Virus record (IMG/VR): IMGVR_UViG_3300037313_001714
Coordinates: 32,001-96,000 of that record
Reading direction: 5' to 3' (one strand)
DNA length: 64,000 bases
From: a virus
Part shown: positions 8,700 to 18,729 of the stretch, piece by piece
Layout: each line of letters begins with the position of its first letter
Position numbering within the stretch: the stretch's first letter is position 1
Notes under the pieces: generated by a model
Told to the model about the DNA's origin: nothing
Databases searched by the model: none
Seen by the model: only the letters and a program-made list of their open reading frames with translations
Translations under genes and position numbers: made by a program

Positions 8700-8851
8700 G
8701 ACGTGACCTCGCGCGCCTCGATCACGGCGTTGTCGCCGTGGTAGGAGGCCTTGTAGAGCTTTGCGCGGGCGAAGCTGATGGCCGAATCCGCGCTGTTCGC
8801 GCGGACCGTCGCCACCTTGTGGCCGTTGATGAAGATGGCCCACTCGATCAT
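8696..8851 (-). CDS. Small hypothetical protein
   Basis: MIEWAIFINGHKVATV...; coupled at both ends. Confidence 0.55.
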   Translation of the reverse strand: MIEWAIFINGHKVATVRANSADSAISFARAKLYKASYHGDNAVIEAREVTS

Positions 8852-9291
8852 GTGCCGGTACTCCCGAATCCATTCGTGCCGCGCACGGTGTTCAGGTCGA
8901 AGTCCTCGACCTCCTCGAACTGCGCGCGCAGCACCGGCTGCACCACGCCCTGGCAGATGCGGTCGCCGTGGTTCACGACGAAGGGGTGGCTGTTGCGGTT
9001 GATCAGGACCGCGTTCAGCTCGCCTTGGTAGTCGCTGTCCACCAGGCCCGCGCCCAGCCCGATGCACTTCACCGCGTCCATCCCCGAGCGCGGCCACAGG
9101 CACAGGCCGTAGTCGGCGTCGGCCAGGTGCAGCGCGATGCCGGTGGGCACCATCGCCGTCGCGCCCGGCGCGATCGTCAGCGGCTCGTCCAGGCAGGCGT
9201 GCAGATCGAACGCGGCAGCGCCGGGGCTGTGGTACTGCGGCACGATCGCGCCGGGGCGCAGCCGGCGCAGCTTGACGCGGATCTCCGTCAT
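8848..9291 (-). CDS. dut: Trimeric dUTPase
   Basis: AFDL, PRSG, GLVDSDYQGE, GDRICQ, RGTNGFGSTG motifs. Confidence 0.95.
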   Translation of the reverse strand: MTEIRVKLRRLRPGAIVPQYHSPGAAAFDLHACLDEPLTIAPGATAMVPTGIALHLADADYGLCLWPRSGMDAVKCIGLGAGLVDSDYQGELNAVLINRNSHPFVVNHGDRICQGVVQPVLRAQFEEVEDFDLNTVRGTNGFGSTGT

Positions 9292-9701
9292 GCCGAAGCG
9301 CTCGCGCTGCCGTCGGCCGGCTGGGCGGCCTGGTTCTGCACGGGCGCGCTGGTGTCCGCGGCGGCGCACACCACGCAGGCCGGGTCGTCACAGCTCGTCG
9401 CGGTCGTCGGCTGGGCGGCCTCTTCGGGCTGGGCGGCCGGTTCGTCGGGCGTGAGCAGGCCGGCGATCTTGCTGCCGATCGCCTTGGCCGCGGTGGACTC
9501 GGCGACGGAGTCGTAGGCCTTGCCGAGCGACACGCCGGCGTCGGTGAAGTGCTGCTGCGCCAGCTGCTCGTGGTGCTCGGCCACGGTCTTCAGCTGGCCG
9601 AGCGCGTCCTGGAACATGCCGAGGGCCGACATGACGGTCAGCTCCTCCTTCTTGAACAGGGCCTTGATGCGCGCCCACAGCGCGGCGATCGATGCAAACA
9701 T
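9288..9701 (-). CDS. Hypothetical protein
   Basis: 137-aa ORF with SD GGAG; low-complexity C-terminus. Confidence 0.65.
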   Translation of the reverse strand: MFASIAALWARIKALFKKEELTVMSALGMFQDALGQLKTVAEHHEQLAQQHFTDAGVSLGKAYDSVAESTAAKAIGSKIAGLLTPDEPAAQPEEAAQPTTATSCDDPACVVCAAADTSAPVQNQAAQPADGSASASA

Positions 9702-9731
9702 GGGAAGCTCCTTTGGGTGACAGGAAAGGGA

Positions 9732-10568
9732 TCAGGCGAACTGGGCCTCGACGTCCGCCCGGAACTGGTGGAAGCCGCGGAAGTTCTTGCACCACGTCGC
9801 CTCTGGCAAGGCGTACGCGGGGTGCTCGGTGGGGCTGGCGTGCAGCGGCGCGCTGCCGACCAGCTTGTCGAAGAGGCCCAGGTCCTTCTGCGGGTCCGGG
9901 GTCGTGCCGTCGTGGTTCAGGTAGCTGACGCGCGCATTGCGCGCCGTCGAGAGCTTGGCCAGGAAGCGCGGGTCGTCGAAGTGCTCCCAGCGCTCGGCCT
10001 GCGTGATCCACGGCAGGTGCCAACCGGAGGCATTCACGGCGTTGCGCGAGAGCAGGATCTGCGGGTTGGTCGAAGCGGCCCGCGCGTCACTCATCAGGCC
10101 CGCCAGCTTCTTCATGTTCGGGTCCGCGTCCTCGTGGTCGCGCAGCGCGAAGAAGTTGGCCCACTCCGTCGCGGTGACGATCACGTTGATCCACTGGAAC
10201 GGCTCGAGGATGCGGTTGGCCACCTGCTTGTGCAGGCCCATGTCCATCATGCGTTGCGCGGTGTCGGCCGCGTCGCGCGCAGCCTGCAGCCACAGGGCCT
10301 TCGCCCGCTCGATGTCCTCGACTTCGGCGCGCGCCTGCATGCCAGGCTGGTTCTTGCCCCAGTGCACGGGCATGGCCGGCTCGTTGCGGACCTGCTCGAT
10401 CATCTTGGCGACCGGGATGGCGCGCGAACTCGAGGCGTTGCGGCTGAAAACGCGGTGCGTCATGAACTCCGCATGGACGAAGCGCGGGTAGCGCAGCTGG
10501 AACGTGATCAGCTCCTCGCCGTGCTCGGCCGAGACGCTGTGTTCGACGACTTTGGCGAGCCAGCTCAT
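9732..10568 (-). CDS. thyX: Flavin-dependent thymidylate synthase (phage type)
   Basis: PRFVHAEFMTHRVFSRNASSSRAIP ThyX motif; HASPTEH. Confidence 0.93.
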   Translation of the reverse strand: MSWLAKVVEHSVSAEHGEELITFQLRYPRFVHAEFMTHRVFSRNASSSRAIPVAKMIEQVRNEPAMPVHWGKNQPGMQARAEVEDIERAKALWLQAARDAADTAQRMMDMGLHKQVANRILEPFQWINVIVTATEWANFFALRDHEDADPNMKKLAGLMSDARAASTNPQILLSRNAVNASGWHLPWITQAERWEHFDDPRFLAKLSTARNARVSYLNHDGTTPDPQKDLGLFDKLVGSAPLHASPTEHPAYALPEATWCKNFRGFHQFRADVEAQFA

Positions 10569-10867
10569 TGCGCGCCTACCTTTCGCTTACCCTTCTCCAG
10601 AAAGCGCATGGACACGAAGTGCATCAGCACGCTGCCGGTGACGGTGCTGGCCACGTAGATCGCACCCAGCTTGAGCAGGTCGGCCAGATGCAGGCCCTGC
10701 AGCGTCACCAGCCGAATCAGGAACAGGTTGCAGGCGAAGAACACGCCGTTGCTGAACACGCTCGCGATGGCGTGGTAGCCCAGGCTGCCGCTGTTGCGAG
10801 CGCGGCTGACCCATGTGAATGCGGCGTTCTGCAGGATCAGCAGCACCGCCCAAAGAAAAAGACTCAT
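10565..10867 (-). CDS. Small multi-pass membrane protein
   Basis: 3-4 hydrophobic segments; ATGA-coupled to thyX. Confidence 0.65.
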   Translation of the reverse strand: MSLFLWAVLLILQNAAFTWVSRARNSGSLGYHAIASVFSNGVFFACNLFLIRLVTLQGLHLADLLKLGAIYVASTVTGSVLMHFVSMRFLEKGKRKVGAQ

Positions 10868-11028
10868 GGTGTTCCAGGGATCGGGTGGCTTCCGTCCTGG
10901 TCGTCGTCATCGTCCTCGTCGTCGTGCCAGCCGGCCCAGCCCAGGAAGGCCAGGATCACCAGCACGCCGGAGACGGCGCCCAGGATGAAGAAGAACAAAG
11001 GGGTGTCGGTGAAGGCGACGTCGGTCAT
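10864..11028 (-). CDS. Single-TM peptide with acidic tail (not in ORF track)
   Basis: MTDVAFTDTPLFFFILGAVSGVLVILAFLGWAGWHDDEDDDDD... Confidence 0.55.
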   Translation of the reverse strand: MTDVAFTDTPLFFFILGAVSGVLVILAFLGWAGWHDDEDDDDDQDGSHPIPGTP

Positions 11029-11285
11029 GCCAGGCCTCCGTCGTTGGCCGCGAGCACGCTGGACATGCCGCGCAGGGCCCGGCGGGCCGTGTCGCCGCGG
11101 TCCTCGCCGCCGGCGGCGTAGAACTGCAGCGCGCGCACCACGTCGACCGCCGCGGTGGTATCCACCGACGGATAGCCGCCGTGCGCGGGCCGCTCAGCAG
11201 CAGGTGACTCTGCGCGTGCATTGAAGCCGTCGCGCACGACGACGGTGCGCACGCGCGCTCCAGTGAAAGGGACGATGGTTGCCAT
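11025..11285 (-). CDS. Hypothetical protein
   Basis: MATIVPF...; downstream of TATAAT (11306-11301) with adjacent palindromic site. Confidence 0.6.
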   Translation of the reverse strand: MATIVPFTGARVRTVVVRDGFNARAESPAAERPAHGGYPSVDTTAAVDVVRALQFYAAGGEDRGDTARRALRGMSSVLAANDGGLA

Positions 11286-11327
11286 AGCTGCCTCGCGGTG
11301 ATTATAGATCACCGCTGACTTACTCCA

Positions 11328-11654
11328 TCAACCCGCAGATGGCACTGCCGACTGCACCTTGAGCTTGCCGTGCAGCTCGGTGAGGTGGATCACGCCGTCC
11401 GGGTCGGTGAAGCCCGGACAGCCTTCCAGCTTCTCGGTGTGCACGACGGAGCCCTTGAAGACGAACTGCGCGGCCATGCAGCCGTAGGTGGGGTGCATGG
11501 CGATGGTCATCTCGTCGTACATCAGGTAGACGTCGCCGCTTGCCTCCTCGACCCACCACGGCTCGCCGAGCTTGCGCGCGTCGATCTGGATCTTGGGCGG
11601 CTCGGGCGGCGCCTGCATCCGCTGGAACAGGTCGGCCAGGTTGCCGTGGGCCAT
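11328..11654 (-). CDS. Hypothetical protein
   Basis: 108-aa ORF with SD GGAG. Confidence 0.65.
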   Translation of the reverse strand: MAHGNLADLFQRMQAPPEPPKIQIDARKLGEPWWVEEASGDVYLMYDEMTIAMHPTYGCMAAQFVFKGSVVHTEKLEGCPGFTDPDGVIHLTELHGKLKVQSAVPSAG

Positions 11655-11708
11655 CTGCTTTCTCCCTATAAGGATTGGTTGAAAATTCCCGAAAAACGCG
11701 GCGTCGAT

Positions 11709-14168
11709 TTAGCTCGCCGCGGAGTTCTCGTTGAACGAGATCGGGCAGGCCCCGCCGGCGCAGCCCACGTGCTCGAAGCCCACGTCCTCCTTTTCGAGCG
11801 CGTCGGCCGCGATCGCCGCGGCGATCTGCTCGTACTCCTGCTTGGTGACGGGTTCCTCGGGCAGGTACTCGTAGGCGCTGGTGTCGGCCTGCGGCATCAC
11901 GCTGCAGCAGCGGATCGTCGACTGGCCGGCCAGCAGCGTGCGCTTGAACTCTTCGAAGGACACCCGCGCCGGGTCGTACTTCAGCGTGTAGGAGACCTGA
12001 TTGCCGCTCTCGCGCAGCGGCGTGACGCCGTCCTCTTCCACGCCCGTGATCCAGTATTTCTCGAGCAGCCGCAGCCACTGGTACTGCTCCTCGGGCGTCG
12101 CCTCCGCCGCGGTGACGAGCTTGTCGCCCATCCCGAGATCGCAGATGGTCGGGCGGGTCGGGAAACCCACGATGGTCGTGCCAGCGTAGACGCGCAGCTT
12201 GCGCACCGGGTAGCCCTTGGCGCGGTACTCTTCGATCAGCGGGTCGTCGTTGCGAAACTGCACCCAGCGCAGGAACTCGCGCATGGTCGGCAGGTGCGCG
12301 CCCTCGGTCAGCATGAACAGCTTGGAGGTGGTGCCGGCCGGCTTCATGGTGGTGTCGGTGTGCGGCACCGTGACGCCCAGCTCGGCGGCGTACCTGCGCG
12401 CCTCGTCCTGCACCGCGCGCTTGAAGCGCGACAGCATCAGCCAGAACGGCAGCGAGGCCTGCTCGTCGATCAGGTCGCGAAAACCGTATCCAAAGCGCGC
12501 CCAGGCGTACTCGTGAATGCCGGTCATGCCGACACCGATGCGGTTGGTGCGCTGGACCTCCTTCTTGTAGAGGGAGTCCATGAGATTCGTGCGCATCAGC
12601 GCACGCGTGGCCACCCGGAAGGCGTCCTCACAGTCGGCGTCGGCCGCCCACATCAGCTCGCACAGCTCCTCGCCGTCGTCCTCCTCGAGCGCGCGCTGCA
12701 CCGCGTGGTACGGCACCACGTCGGCGATCACGCAGTAGCCGCCCAGCATGTTCAGCACAATCTCGCCGCACGGGTTGGTGATGACCTTGTAGCGCTGGTG
12801 CTGCCAGCGCTCGCCCAGCACGCGCATGAGCGCATTGCCGCCCTCGTCCAGCTGGTAGCGCTCGGAGCGCGCGAAGTCGCCATCGAACAGGGCTTCGGTG
12901 CCTTCGTCGCTGTGCGTGAGCCGGTCCACCGTGATGAAACCCGGTTCGCCCGTGCCATCGAAGTAGGCCGCCTTGCAGACCGCCTCGAAGACGCGCCAGG
13001 CGTGCTCGGCCAGCGGATGGTCGACGGCGTTGCCGTCGAACTGCAGCTGCACCAGACGCCAGAACTCGCGGTCCACCGTGACGCTGTTGTTGCTCGACCA
13101 GAGAAAGCCACCGCGCTTGAGCTGGATGAAGCCGAAGATGGTCGGGTCGCGCCAGTCCTTGGTGGCCATGCGCGCGGCGCGCCGCGCCCCGCCCACCAGC
13201 ACGCACTCGGCCAGGTAGTGGTCGGCGAACATCGCCGCGCGCCAGGGCTCCATGCCCGCATCGCGCAGCTTGGCTACGTGGTTGATGGCGGTCATGAGCG
13301 GCCCCGGTCCGCTGGCGGGCCGGCCCTGCATGCCGCCGATCGGCGCGCCGCGCGGGCGCACCTTGCTGAAGTCGATCACGAGGACGCGGTCGCGCGCGCG
13401 CTGGTGCGCCATCACCTCCATCTGCTCGACCGCCTTGGCCCAGCCCTCGCGCGAATCGGGCACCTCGTAGACCACGGTCTGCGCCTGCGCGTACAGGTGC
13501 AGCGCGGTGCGCCGGTCCAGGCAGTGGATCTCCCCGGACAGCACGTCCGGGTGACTCTGGTCGCACACCGTCACCACCACCGGCAGCCAGTTCAGGTCGG
13601 CGACGATCATGTTGTCGTCGTAGGCGCGGCCCACGCCCGAGCCGTTCAGCAGCAGGTAGAACGACAGGAAGCTGGTCGCCGCGGTCGCGCAGTTGGTGAA
13701 CACCTCCATGTTGCGCTTGGGCTGGTCCTCGTCGCCGTGCTGCAGGTGGCGCCCCGACATCAGCAGGCTCGCCTGGCGCAGGTGGTGGTTGAGCGCTTCG
13801 AACTCGCGGGCGCGCCGCTGCATCGCGGTGACGTCCATGTCGCGGATCGGGTGCAGCAGGCTGTTGCCCATCGCCACCCGGTACGCCACGTCCTCCCAGC
13901 GCTCGACCTGAACTTCGCCGATCACGTTCAGCTGCACCTCCACCGCCAGGCCGTCGCCGTGCGGCACGTGGTAGCCGTCGATCACCAGCCCGAGGTGCTT
14001 GGCCTCGGCGGCGACCAGATCATCGAGGGCCGTGTCGTCCTGGCGCGGCACGACGATGGTCTTGACGTACTGCGGCACGGGCCGGGTGATCTTGCGGTTG
14101 ATGGTGCGGTCCGCGACCGCCTGGCCCATGCCAGGGGCGTACTCGCGTGCGGGGGTGACGGACGTCAT
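11709..14168 (-). CDS. nrdJ: Class II (adenosylcobalamin-dependent) ribonucleotide reductase, monomeric NrdJ/RTPR-like
   Basis: NC, GSGVG, VPDSREGWA, DFSKVRPRG, ASGPGPL, TNPCGE, TMKPAGTTS motifs; no nrdB/nrdG nearby; AAGGA SD before ATG 14168. Confidence 0.9.
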   Translation of the reverse strand: MTSVTPAREYAPGMGQAVADRTINRKITRPVPQYVKTIVVPRQDDTALDDLVAAEAKHLGLVIDGYHVPHGDGLAVEVQLNVIGEVQVERWEDVAYRVAMGNSLLHPIRDMDVTAMQRRAREFEALNHHLRQASLLMSGRHLQHGDEDQPKRNMEVFTNCATAATSFLSFYLLLNGSGVGRAYDDNMIVADLNWLPVVVTVCDQSHPDVLSGEIHCLDRRTALHLYAQAQTVVYEVPDSREGWAKAVEQMEVMAHQRARDRVLVIDFSKVRPRGAPIGGMQGRPASGPGPLMTAINHVAKLRDAGMEPWRAAMFADHYLAECVLVGGARRAARMATKDWRDPTIFGFIQLKRGGFLWSSNNSVTVDREFWRLVQLQFDGNAVDHPLAEHAWRVFEAVCKAAYFDGTGEPGFITVDRLTHSDEGTEALFDGDFARSERYQLDEGGNALMRVLGERWQHQRYKVITNPCGEIVLNMLGGYCVIADVVPYHAVQRALEEDDGEELCELMWAADADCEDAFRVATRALMRTNLMDSLYKKEVQRTNRIGVGMTGIHEYAWARFGYGFRDLIDEQASLPFWLMLSRFKRAVQDEARRYAAELGVTVPHTDTTMKPAGTTSKLFMLTEGAHLPTMREFLRWVQFRNDDPLIEEYRAKGYPVRKLRVYAGTTIVGFPTRPTICDLGMGDKLVTAAEATPEEQYQWLRLLEKYWITGVEEDGVTPLRESGNQVSYTLKYDPARVSFEEFKRTLLAGQSTIRCCSVMPQADTSAYEYLPEEPVTKQEYEQIAAAIAADALEKEDVGFEHVGCAGGACPISFNENSAAS

Positions 14169-14254
14169 GAGGCGTGCTTTCCTTGTGCTTTTCGGGAGGG
14201 GGAGCGTGAGTCTAGCCAAGTCACCGATGACTTACTATAAGCGGCGGAATTAAT

Positions 14255-14923
14255 TCACCACGCCTGCTCGTCGCTGCCCTCCGGGATGTCATTGGTCGTG
14301 GACTTCTCAACGGTTTCGGCCTTTTTCGCGGACGACAGCAGACCGGCGCCGGTGATCACCCAGGCGCCCTCGAGAAAGGTGTATTCGGTGCCGGTGTTGG
14401 CGTCGTAGAAGCGCGCGCCTTTCACCAGCGTCACGCCGGGCGGCAGCTGGGGCTCCGGCGGCATCGAAACGATCGAGCCGATCCCGCTACCGAGCACTCC
14501 CTTGAAGGCCTCCTTCATGGCCTTTTCGTCGAATTCATCTGTGGAGATGGTCAGCGACGGCATGGTCGGCGCGGCCGCGGTGAGCCTCGGATCGTTGGGC
14601 TCCAGAAACCTATAAGGATTGATGGCCGGCCTCGAAAAAGCCGGCGACGGAATGTCGTGTTTGCAAACGACGCGGTCCTTGCAGGCCGCGCGGATCGTGA
14701 TGACGCGCTGGTCGCGGTGGTAGATGGGCGGATGTTCGTGCTTCGTGATCTCCATGTGCTCGCAGCCTGCACACCCGGGTCGCTCTTCGGCCACCGCGTC
14801 CCGCAGACGCTCTTCGTGGGCCTTCACGCGCTTGGCGAAGTAGTCGCTGCCCTTGAACATGCGCTCGAGGCTTGACTGCGTCACGTCCACCCGCAGGTCT
14901 TGGTCAATCAGTCGCTTGCCCAC
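14255..14923 (-). CDS. Hypothetical protein
   Basis: 222-aa ORF; CxxC; G..FYD..TG..Y.F..GAW module. Confidence 0.65.
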   Translation of the reverse strand: MGKRLIDQDLRVDVTQSSLERMFKGSDYFAKRVKAHEERLRDAVAEERPGCAGCEHMEITKHEHPPIYHRDQRVITIRAACKDRVVCKHDIPSPAFSRPAINPYRFLEPNDPRLTAAAPTMPSLTISTDEFDEKAMKEAFKGVLGSGIGSIVSMPPEPQLPPGVTLVKGARFYDANTGTEYTFLEGAWVITGAGLLSSAKKAETVEKSTTNDIPEGSDEQAW

Positions 14924-14956
14924 GGTCTGACTCTATCTCACGGGTGACTTAGCCAC

Positions 14957-15535
14957 TCAGGCAGCAGCAATCACACCGAAGCGGCTTCCCCGCAGCACCG
15001 ACACCAGCCGGCGGAATTCATCCGTGTTGACGCCCGCCTGGATCGCCGCCACGGCGTCGGCCAGGTGCTCGTTCTTGCCGGTGATCGCGCCGCGGTGCAG
15101 CAGCCATGGCGCCGCCGGGAAGCGCGTGGTGGCCCACTCGATCATCTCCTCCTTCGTGGCGGTCTTCTTGCCGAAGCCACCGAGCTTCACCTCGGTTGGC
15201 GTCACCTCGATCATCGGGATGCCGCAGCTGGCGAGCACGCCCACGCAGATGCCGTAGCTGGCCATGGCGCGCGCGCTCTGGCTGCCCACAGGCACCTCCA
15301 CGAAGGCGATGGCCGCGCCCGTGCAAGCCAGCTGCAGCCCGCCGTACAGGATGCGGGCGCGCGCCAGGTCCTGGCAGTTCTTGCGAATCACCTTGCGGGC
15401 CGCCTTGTCGGGCTCCGTGGACACGAGCTTCAGACCCGTGATCTTGAACTCCAGCGTGTCCAGGTCCAGGTCCGCGTGGGCGAACCCCCAGTTGTTCAGG
15501 GACGGGTCCATCCCCACGACTTTCACAGTGCTCAT
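14957..15535 (-). CDS. ruvC: RuvC-like Holliday junction resolvase
   Basis: VGMDPSLNNWG, FVEVP, TPTEVK, TATKEEMI, EHLADA motifs. Confidence 0.85.
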   Translation of the reverse strand: MSTVKVVGMDPSLNNWGFAHADLDLDTLEFKITGLKLVSTEPDKAARKVIRKNCQDLARARILYGGLQLACTGAAIAFVEVPVGSQSARAMASYGICVGVLASCGIPMIEVTPTEVKLGGFGKKTATKEEMIEWATTRFPAAPWLLHRGAITGKNEHLADAVAAIQAGVNTDEFRRLVSVLRGSRFGVIAAA

Positions 15536-15771
15536 GGTTTCATCTTTCCGAACAGCGACTTGCCGCTGCGTTTGTTGAGGTAGTGGTCGGCGACCACCAT
15601 CGTGACGAACAGGCCCACGCAGCACAGGCCGGCGAGCACGCCGTAGCCGACGACCAGCATGGGCGGCAGCCACAGCGGCATGGCAACCATCCACCAGGCG
15701 CAGGTAATCAGGCCCTGCACCTTCAGCACGGCCAGCAGGGCCGTCAGGATCACACCGGGGTAGAGGCGCAT
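15532..15771 (-). CDS. Small membrane protein
   Basis: Hydrophobic, WWMVAMPLW motif common in phage membrane ORFs. Confidence 0.6.
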   Translation of the reverse strand: MRLYPGVILTALLAVLKVQGLITCAWWMVAMPLWLPPMLVVGYGVLAGLCCVGLFVTMVVADHYLNKRSGKSLFGKMKP

Positions 15772-15774
15772 GGC

Positions 15775-16413
15775 TCAGAACATCCCGAAGTTGTCGTAGT
15801 CGTCGAACTTGGAGCGGTTGCGCTCCTTCTCTTTGATCTCGCTGGCCTTGCGCGCGAGCGCGTGCAGCTTGTCGGACAGCGTGCTGCCGTCCTCGAACCA
15901 CGTGAGCTGGTCGAAGCCATGCATGTGCGCCAGCGCGTCGTCCACGAACATCTCCATGTGGGCGTACTCGGCGGCCTGCAGCGGCTGGAACTTGATCAGC
16001 ATGCGCTTGCGCTTGCCGATGTAGGCCTCGACCGGCTTGAAGTCCTCGCCGCCCACGTGCGAGACCTTGTGGTAGGTGCCGTTGACGCGGCAGCAGGTCA
16101 GCACCTCCGGGCCGGCCAGCGTGCAGGTGGTGATCGCCTGGTCGGGTTGCGCCGCGAAGTAGGTCGTCAGCTCCTGTGCCAGGTCGGTCAGCTCGGCCTC
16201 CAACAGCATGGCGTCGTCGATGTCGTCGTCGGGTTGAGGTTCGTCCATGGGATTGCTCTTCCATTGAGGGCCGTGAGATGTTTGGACCTTGCGCGACGGC
16301 GCGGGCCGTCGCGGGGCGGCAGCGACCAGCGCCTGGTACTCCGGGTCGTTGGTCGTCATGCCAGGGGTGTTGAGGAACACCTCGAAGGGCGACCTGCCTG
16401 CTGCGCCGGCCAT
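15775..16413 (-). CDS. Hypothetical protein ending NFGMF (start uncertain)
   Basis: Long minus-strand ORF between sbcC and ruvC. Confidence 0.65.
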   Translation of the reverse strand: MAGAAGRSPFEVFLNTPGMTTNDPEYQALVAAAPRRPAPSRKVQTSHGPQWKSNPMDEPQPDDDIDDAMLLEAELTDLAQELTTYFAAQPDQAITTCTLAGPEVLTCCRVNGTYHKVSHVGGEDFKPVEAYIGKRKRMLIKFQPLQAAEYAHMEMFVDDALAHMHGFDQLTWFEDGSTLSDKLHALARKASEIKEKERNRSKFDDYDNFGMF

Positions 16414-16414
16414 G

Positions 16415-18361
16415 TCAGAACGTCGCCACCGTGGCGCCCGTGACGGTGGACTTGCCACCGGACTTCGTGACCGTCACCGTCTGGTCGATCCAGTCGCTCA
16501 GCGAGTTGTGGCTGATCACCAGCACCGTGCCGCGCTCCTTCGCCTTGCGGTCGAGCACGCCCATCAGACGCTCCAGCCCGCTCTCGTCCAGCGCGTGGTC
16601 CACCTCGTCGGCGATGAAGATGTTGATCGGCTTGCTGGCGCGCGAGGCCACCAGGTCCTGCAGCGCCAGCGCGGTGGCGATGCGCACCTTGCGCTTTTCG
16701 CCGCCCGACTGCAGCCCGAAGCTGGCGCCGCCGGTGTCGTTGGCGACGGCGATCGAGAACTTCTCCTTCAGCTCACCCTTCGCGTTGGCGGTGAGCGTGC
16801 TCCAGGTCGCGTGCAGGTTCCCGTCGGCCAATGCACCGAGGTACTCACCGGTCTGGTGGTTCAGAAATGGCGTGACGGTGTCGAGAATGTGCGCGCGCAC
16901 GCCCGCAGGCCCGAACACCGCGCATGCGTCTTTGAGCAGCGCGTGGCGCGCTTCGAGCGCGGCGACGGCGCTGATGGCGAGGTTCAGCTTGCCCTCCAGA
17001 TCCTTCACCGCCTTCTCGCGTGCCGGCAGGTGCGGCGTCCACGGGTTGGGCTCGGTGAGCTTGGCCTTCGCATTGGCTTTGGCAGCGGCGATGGCCTCCA
17101 GATGACGCTTGTGCAGGCGCTCCAGGTCGGCGCGCTCGCCCAGCTGGCGGTTGATGTCGGCCAGCTCCGCGGTGGCCGCGCTCACGTCGGTCATGGTTGC
17201 CTTGTGGTCGTCCAGCGCCTTCTGCGCAGCCGCCACTTCCGCCTTCGCAGTGCGTGCAATGCCCACGAAATACCGCAGGTTCGCCTCGATCGCCTTCAGG
17301 TGCTTGGCGCGGTGCTCGCGCAGGCCATCGAGGTCGTGCTCGCTGTACGGCTTGCCGCACTCCGAGCACGCCGTGCCAACCTTGTCGGCGACATACGCCA
17401 GCGCCTGTTTGGCGTCGTCGTAGTTCATCTTGGCGTTGCGCGCGTCACTGCTCGCGACGGCGTCGTGCATGTGGGCCTTACCCAGCGCCCTTTGCAGGCG
17501 CTCCAGCTCGTCCTGCTCGCCCTTCACGCCGGCGATCTGCGCTTCCAGATCGAGCTTGCGCCGCCCGAGCGGCAGCGCCGCGATCGCGGCGATCTTGACT
17601 TGCAGGTCGTTCGCGTTGGCCGTCAGCGCCGGCACGTTGCCAACCTCCGCAGCCGCCCTGCCCTTGCGTCCCGCTTCGAACTCCTTCGCCTGGTCCTGGT
17701 AGTTGGCCAGCGTGTCGCGCGCTGCGTCCAGCTGGATCTGCAGGTGGTCGCGCTCGTTGTAGGCCACCGCCAGGTTCTTCTCGACGGCCGTCGCCTGCTT
17801 GCCCGCTTCGGCGTACGCCGCGGCCAGCTCCTCGACGCCGGCGGCCTCCTCGACCAGGAGCTTGAGGAACTTGTCCGTCATGCCAGGCAGGTCGGGCATC
17901 TGTTCCTGGCCGGCGTAGACGCTGCCCTTGAAGACTTCCAGCGAGCAGCCCATCACCTTGGCGATGACCTCCTGCGTTTCGCGCTCGGTGCCCTTGTGCA
18001 GCGGCGTGCTGGTGCCGCTGGCGTCGATCTGGTGGACAAACAGCGCGTTCTTGTGGACGTTGTGCTTGCGAAAGCGCCAGATTTGGTACGTGATGCCGCC
18101 GTCCTCCAGCAGCACCTTGACGGCGCAGTCCTTCTTGGCCTTGCTGTTGACGATGGCGTCCCCGCTCTCGCCGCGCGCGGTGGTGCCGTACAGGCACCAG
18201 CACAGCGCGTCCACGATCGAGGACTTGCCCGCGCCGTTGGACTTCGCGCTCGAGTCGTCGGCGTTGACACCCTGCACCAGGATCAGGCCACGGTTGTCCA
18301 GCTCCAGATGGGCGTCGCCGATGGCGCAGAAGTTGTGGATGTCCAGTGCCTTGATGTCCAT
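16415..18361 (-). CDS. sbcC: SbcC/Rad50/gp46-like SMC ATPase
   Basis: NGAGKSS Walker A; CSECG Zn hook; QSGGE signature; IADEVD Walker B; coiled coils. Confidence 0.92.
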   Translation of the reverse strand: MDIKALDIHNFCAIGDAHLELDNRGLILVQGVNADDSSAKSNGAGKSSIVDALCWCLYGTTARGESGDAIVNSKAKKDCAVKVLLEDGGITYQIWRFRKHNVHKNALFVHQIDASGTSTPLHKGTERETQEVIAKVMGCSLEVFKGSVYAGQEQMPDLPGMTDKFLKLLVEEAAGVEELAAAYAEAGKQATAVEKNLAVAYNERDHLQIQLDAARDTLANYQDQAKEFEAGRKGRAAAEVGNVPALTANANDLQVKIAAIAALPLGRRKLDLEAQIAGVKGEQDELERLQRALGKAHMHDAVASSDARNAKMNYDDAKQALAYVADKVGTACSECGKPYSEHDLDGLREHRAKHLKAIEANLRYFVGIARTAKAEVAAAQKALDDHKATMTDVSAATAELADINRQLGERADLERLHKRHLEAIAAAKANAKAKLTEPNPWTPHLPAREKAVKDLEGKLNLAISAVAALEARHALLKDACAVFGPAGVRAHILDTVTPFLNHQTGEYLGALADGNLHATWSTLTANAKGELKEKFSIAVANDTGGASFGLQSGGEKRKVRIATALALQDLVASRASKPINIFIADEVDHALDESGLERLMGVLDRKAKERGTVLVISHNSLSDWIDQTVTVTKSGGKSTVTGATVATF

Positions 18362-18729
18362 CAGAACTCCCCGCTCATTTCCGCCTGCTCCTCGCGCAGA
18401 GCGTCGATGGCGCGTTGCGGCACGCGGTAACCCATGGCGCGCATCTGCTCGAGGCGGTCCGCCATCTCACCGGGCGTTGCTGTGATGAAGTCGTCCACGT
18501 GCGGCACGCCCAGTGGCACCATCGTCTCGTGGTCCAGCATCGCCGACACCTTCTGGTGGCGCTCGAGCCATTCCGCCATGTGCTCCTGGTCGAACGACAC
18601 CTCGGGCGGCAGCGGCTCCTTGAAGACGTACTTCAAGCCCGCGACGTGGCACTGCCAGCCGCCCATGCAGCTTTCGTACACGTACACGTCGCACTGGAAG
18701 TCGTCGGTGGAAAAGCGGCAGTAGCTCAT
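18361..18729 (-). CDS. Hypothetical protein ending SGEF
   Basis: MSYCRFSTDDFQCDVYVY...; inserted between sbcD and sbcC with coupled ends. Confidence 0.7.
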   Translation of the reverse strand: MSYCRFSTDDFQCDVYVYESCMGGWQCHVAGLKYVFKEPLPPEVSFDQEHMAEWLERHQKVSAMLDHETMVPLGVPHVDDFITATPGEMADRLEQMRAMGYRVPQRAIDALREEQAEMSGEF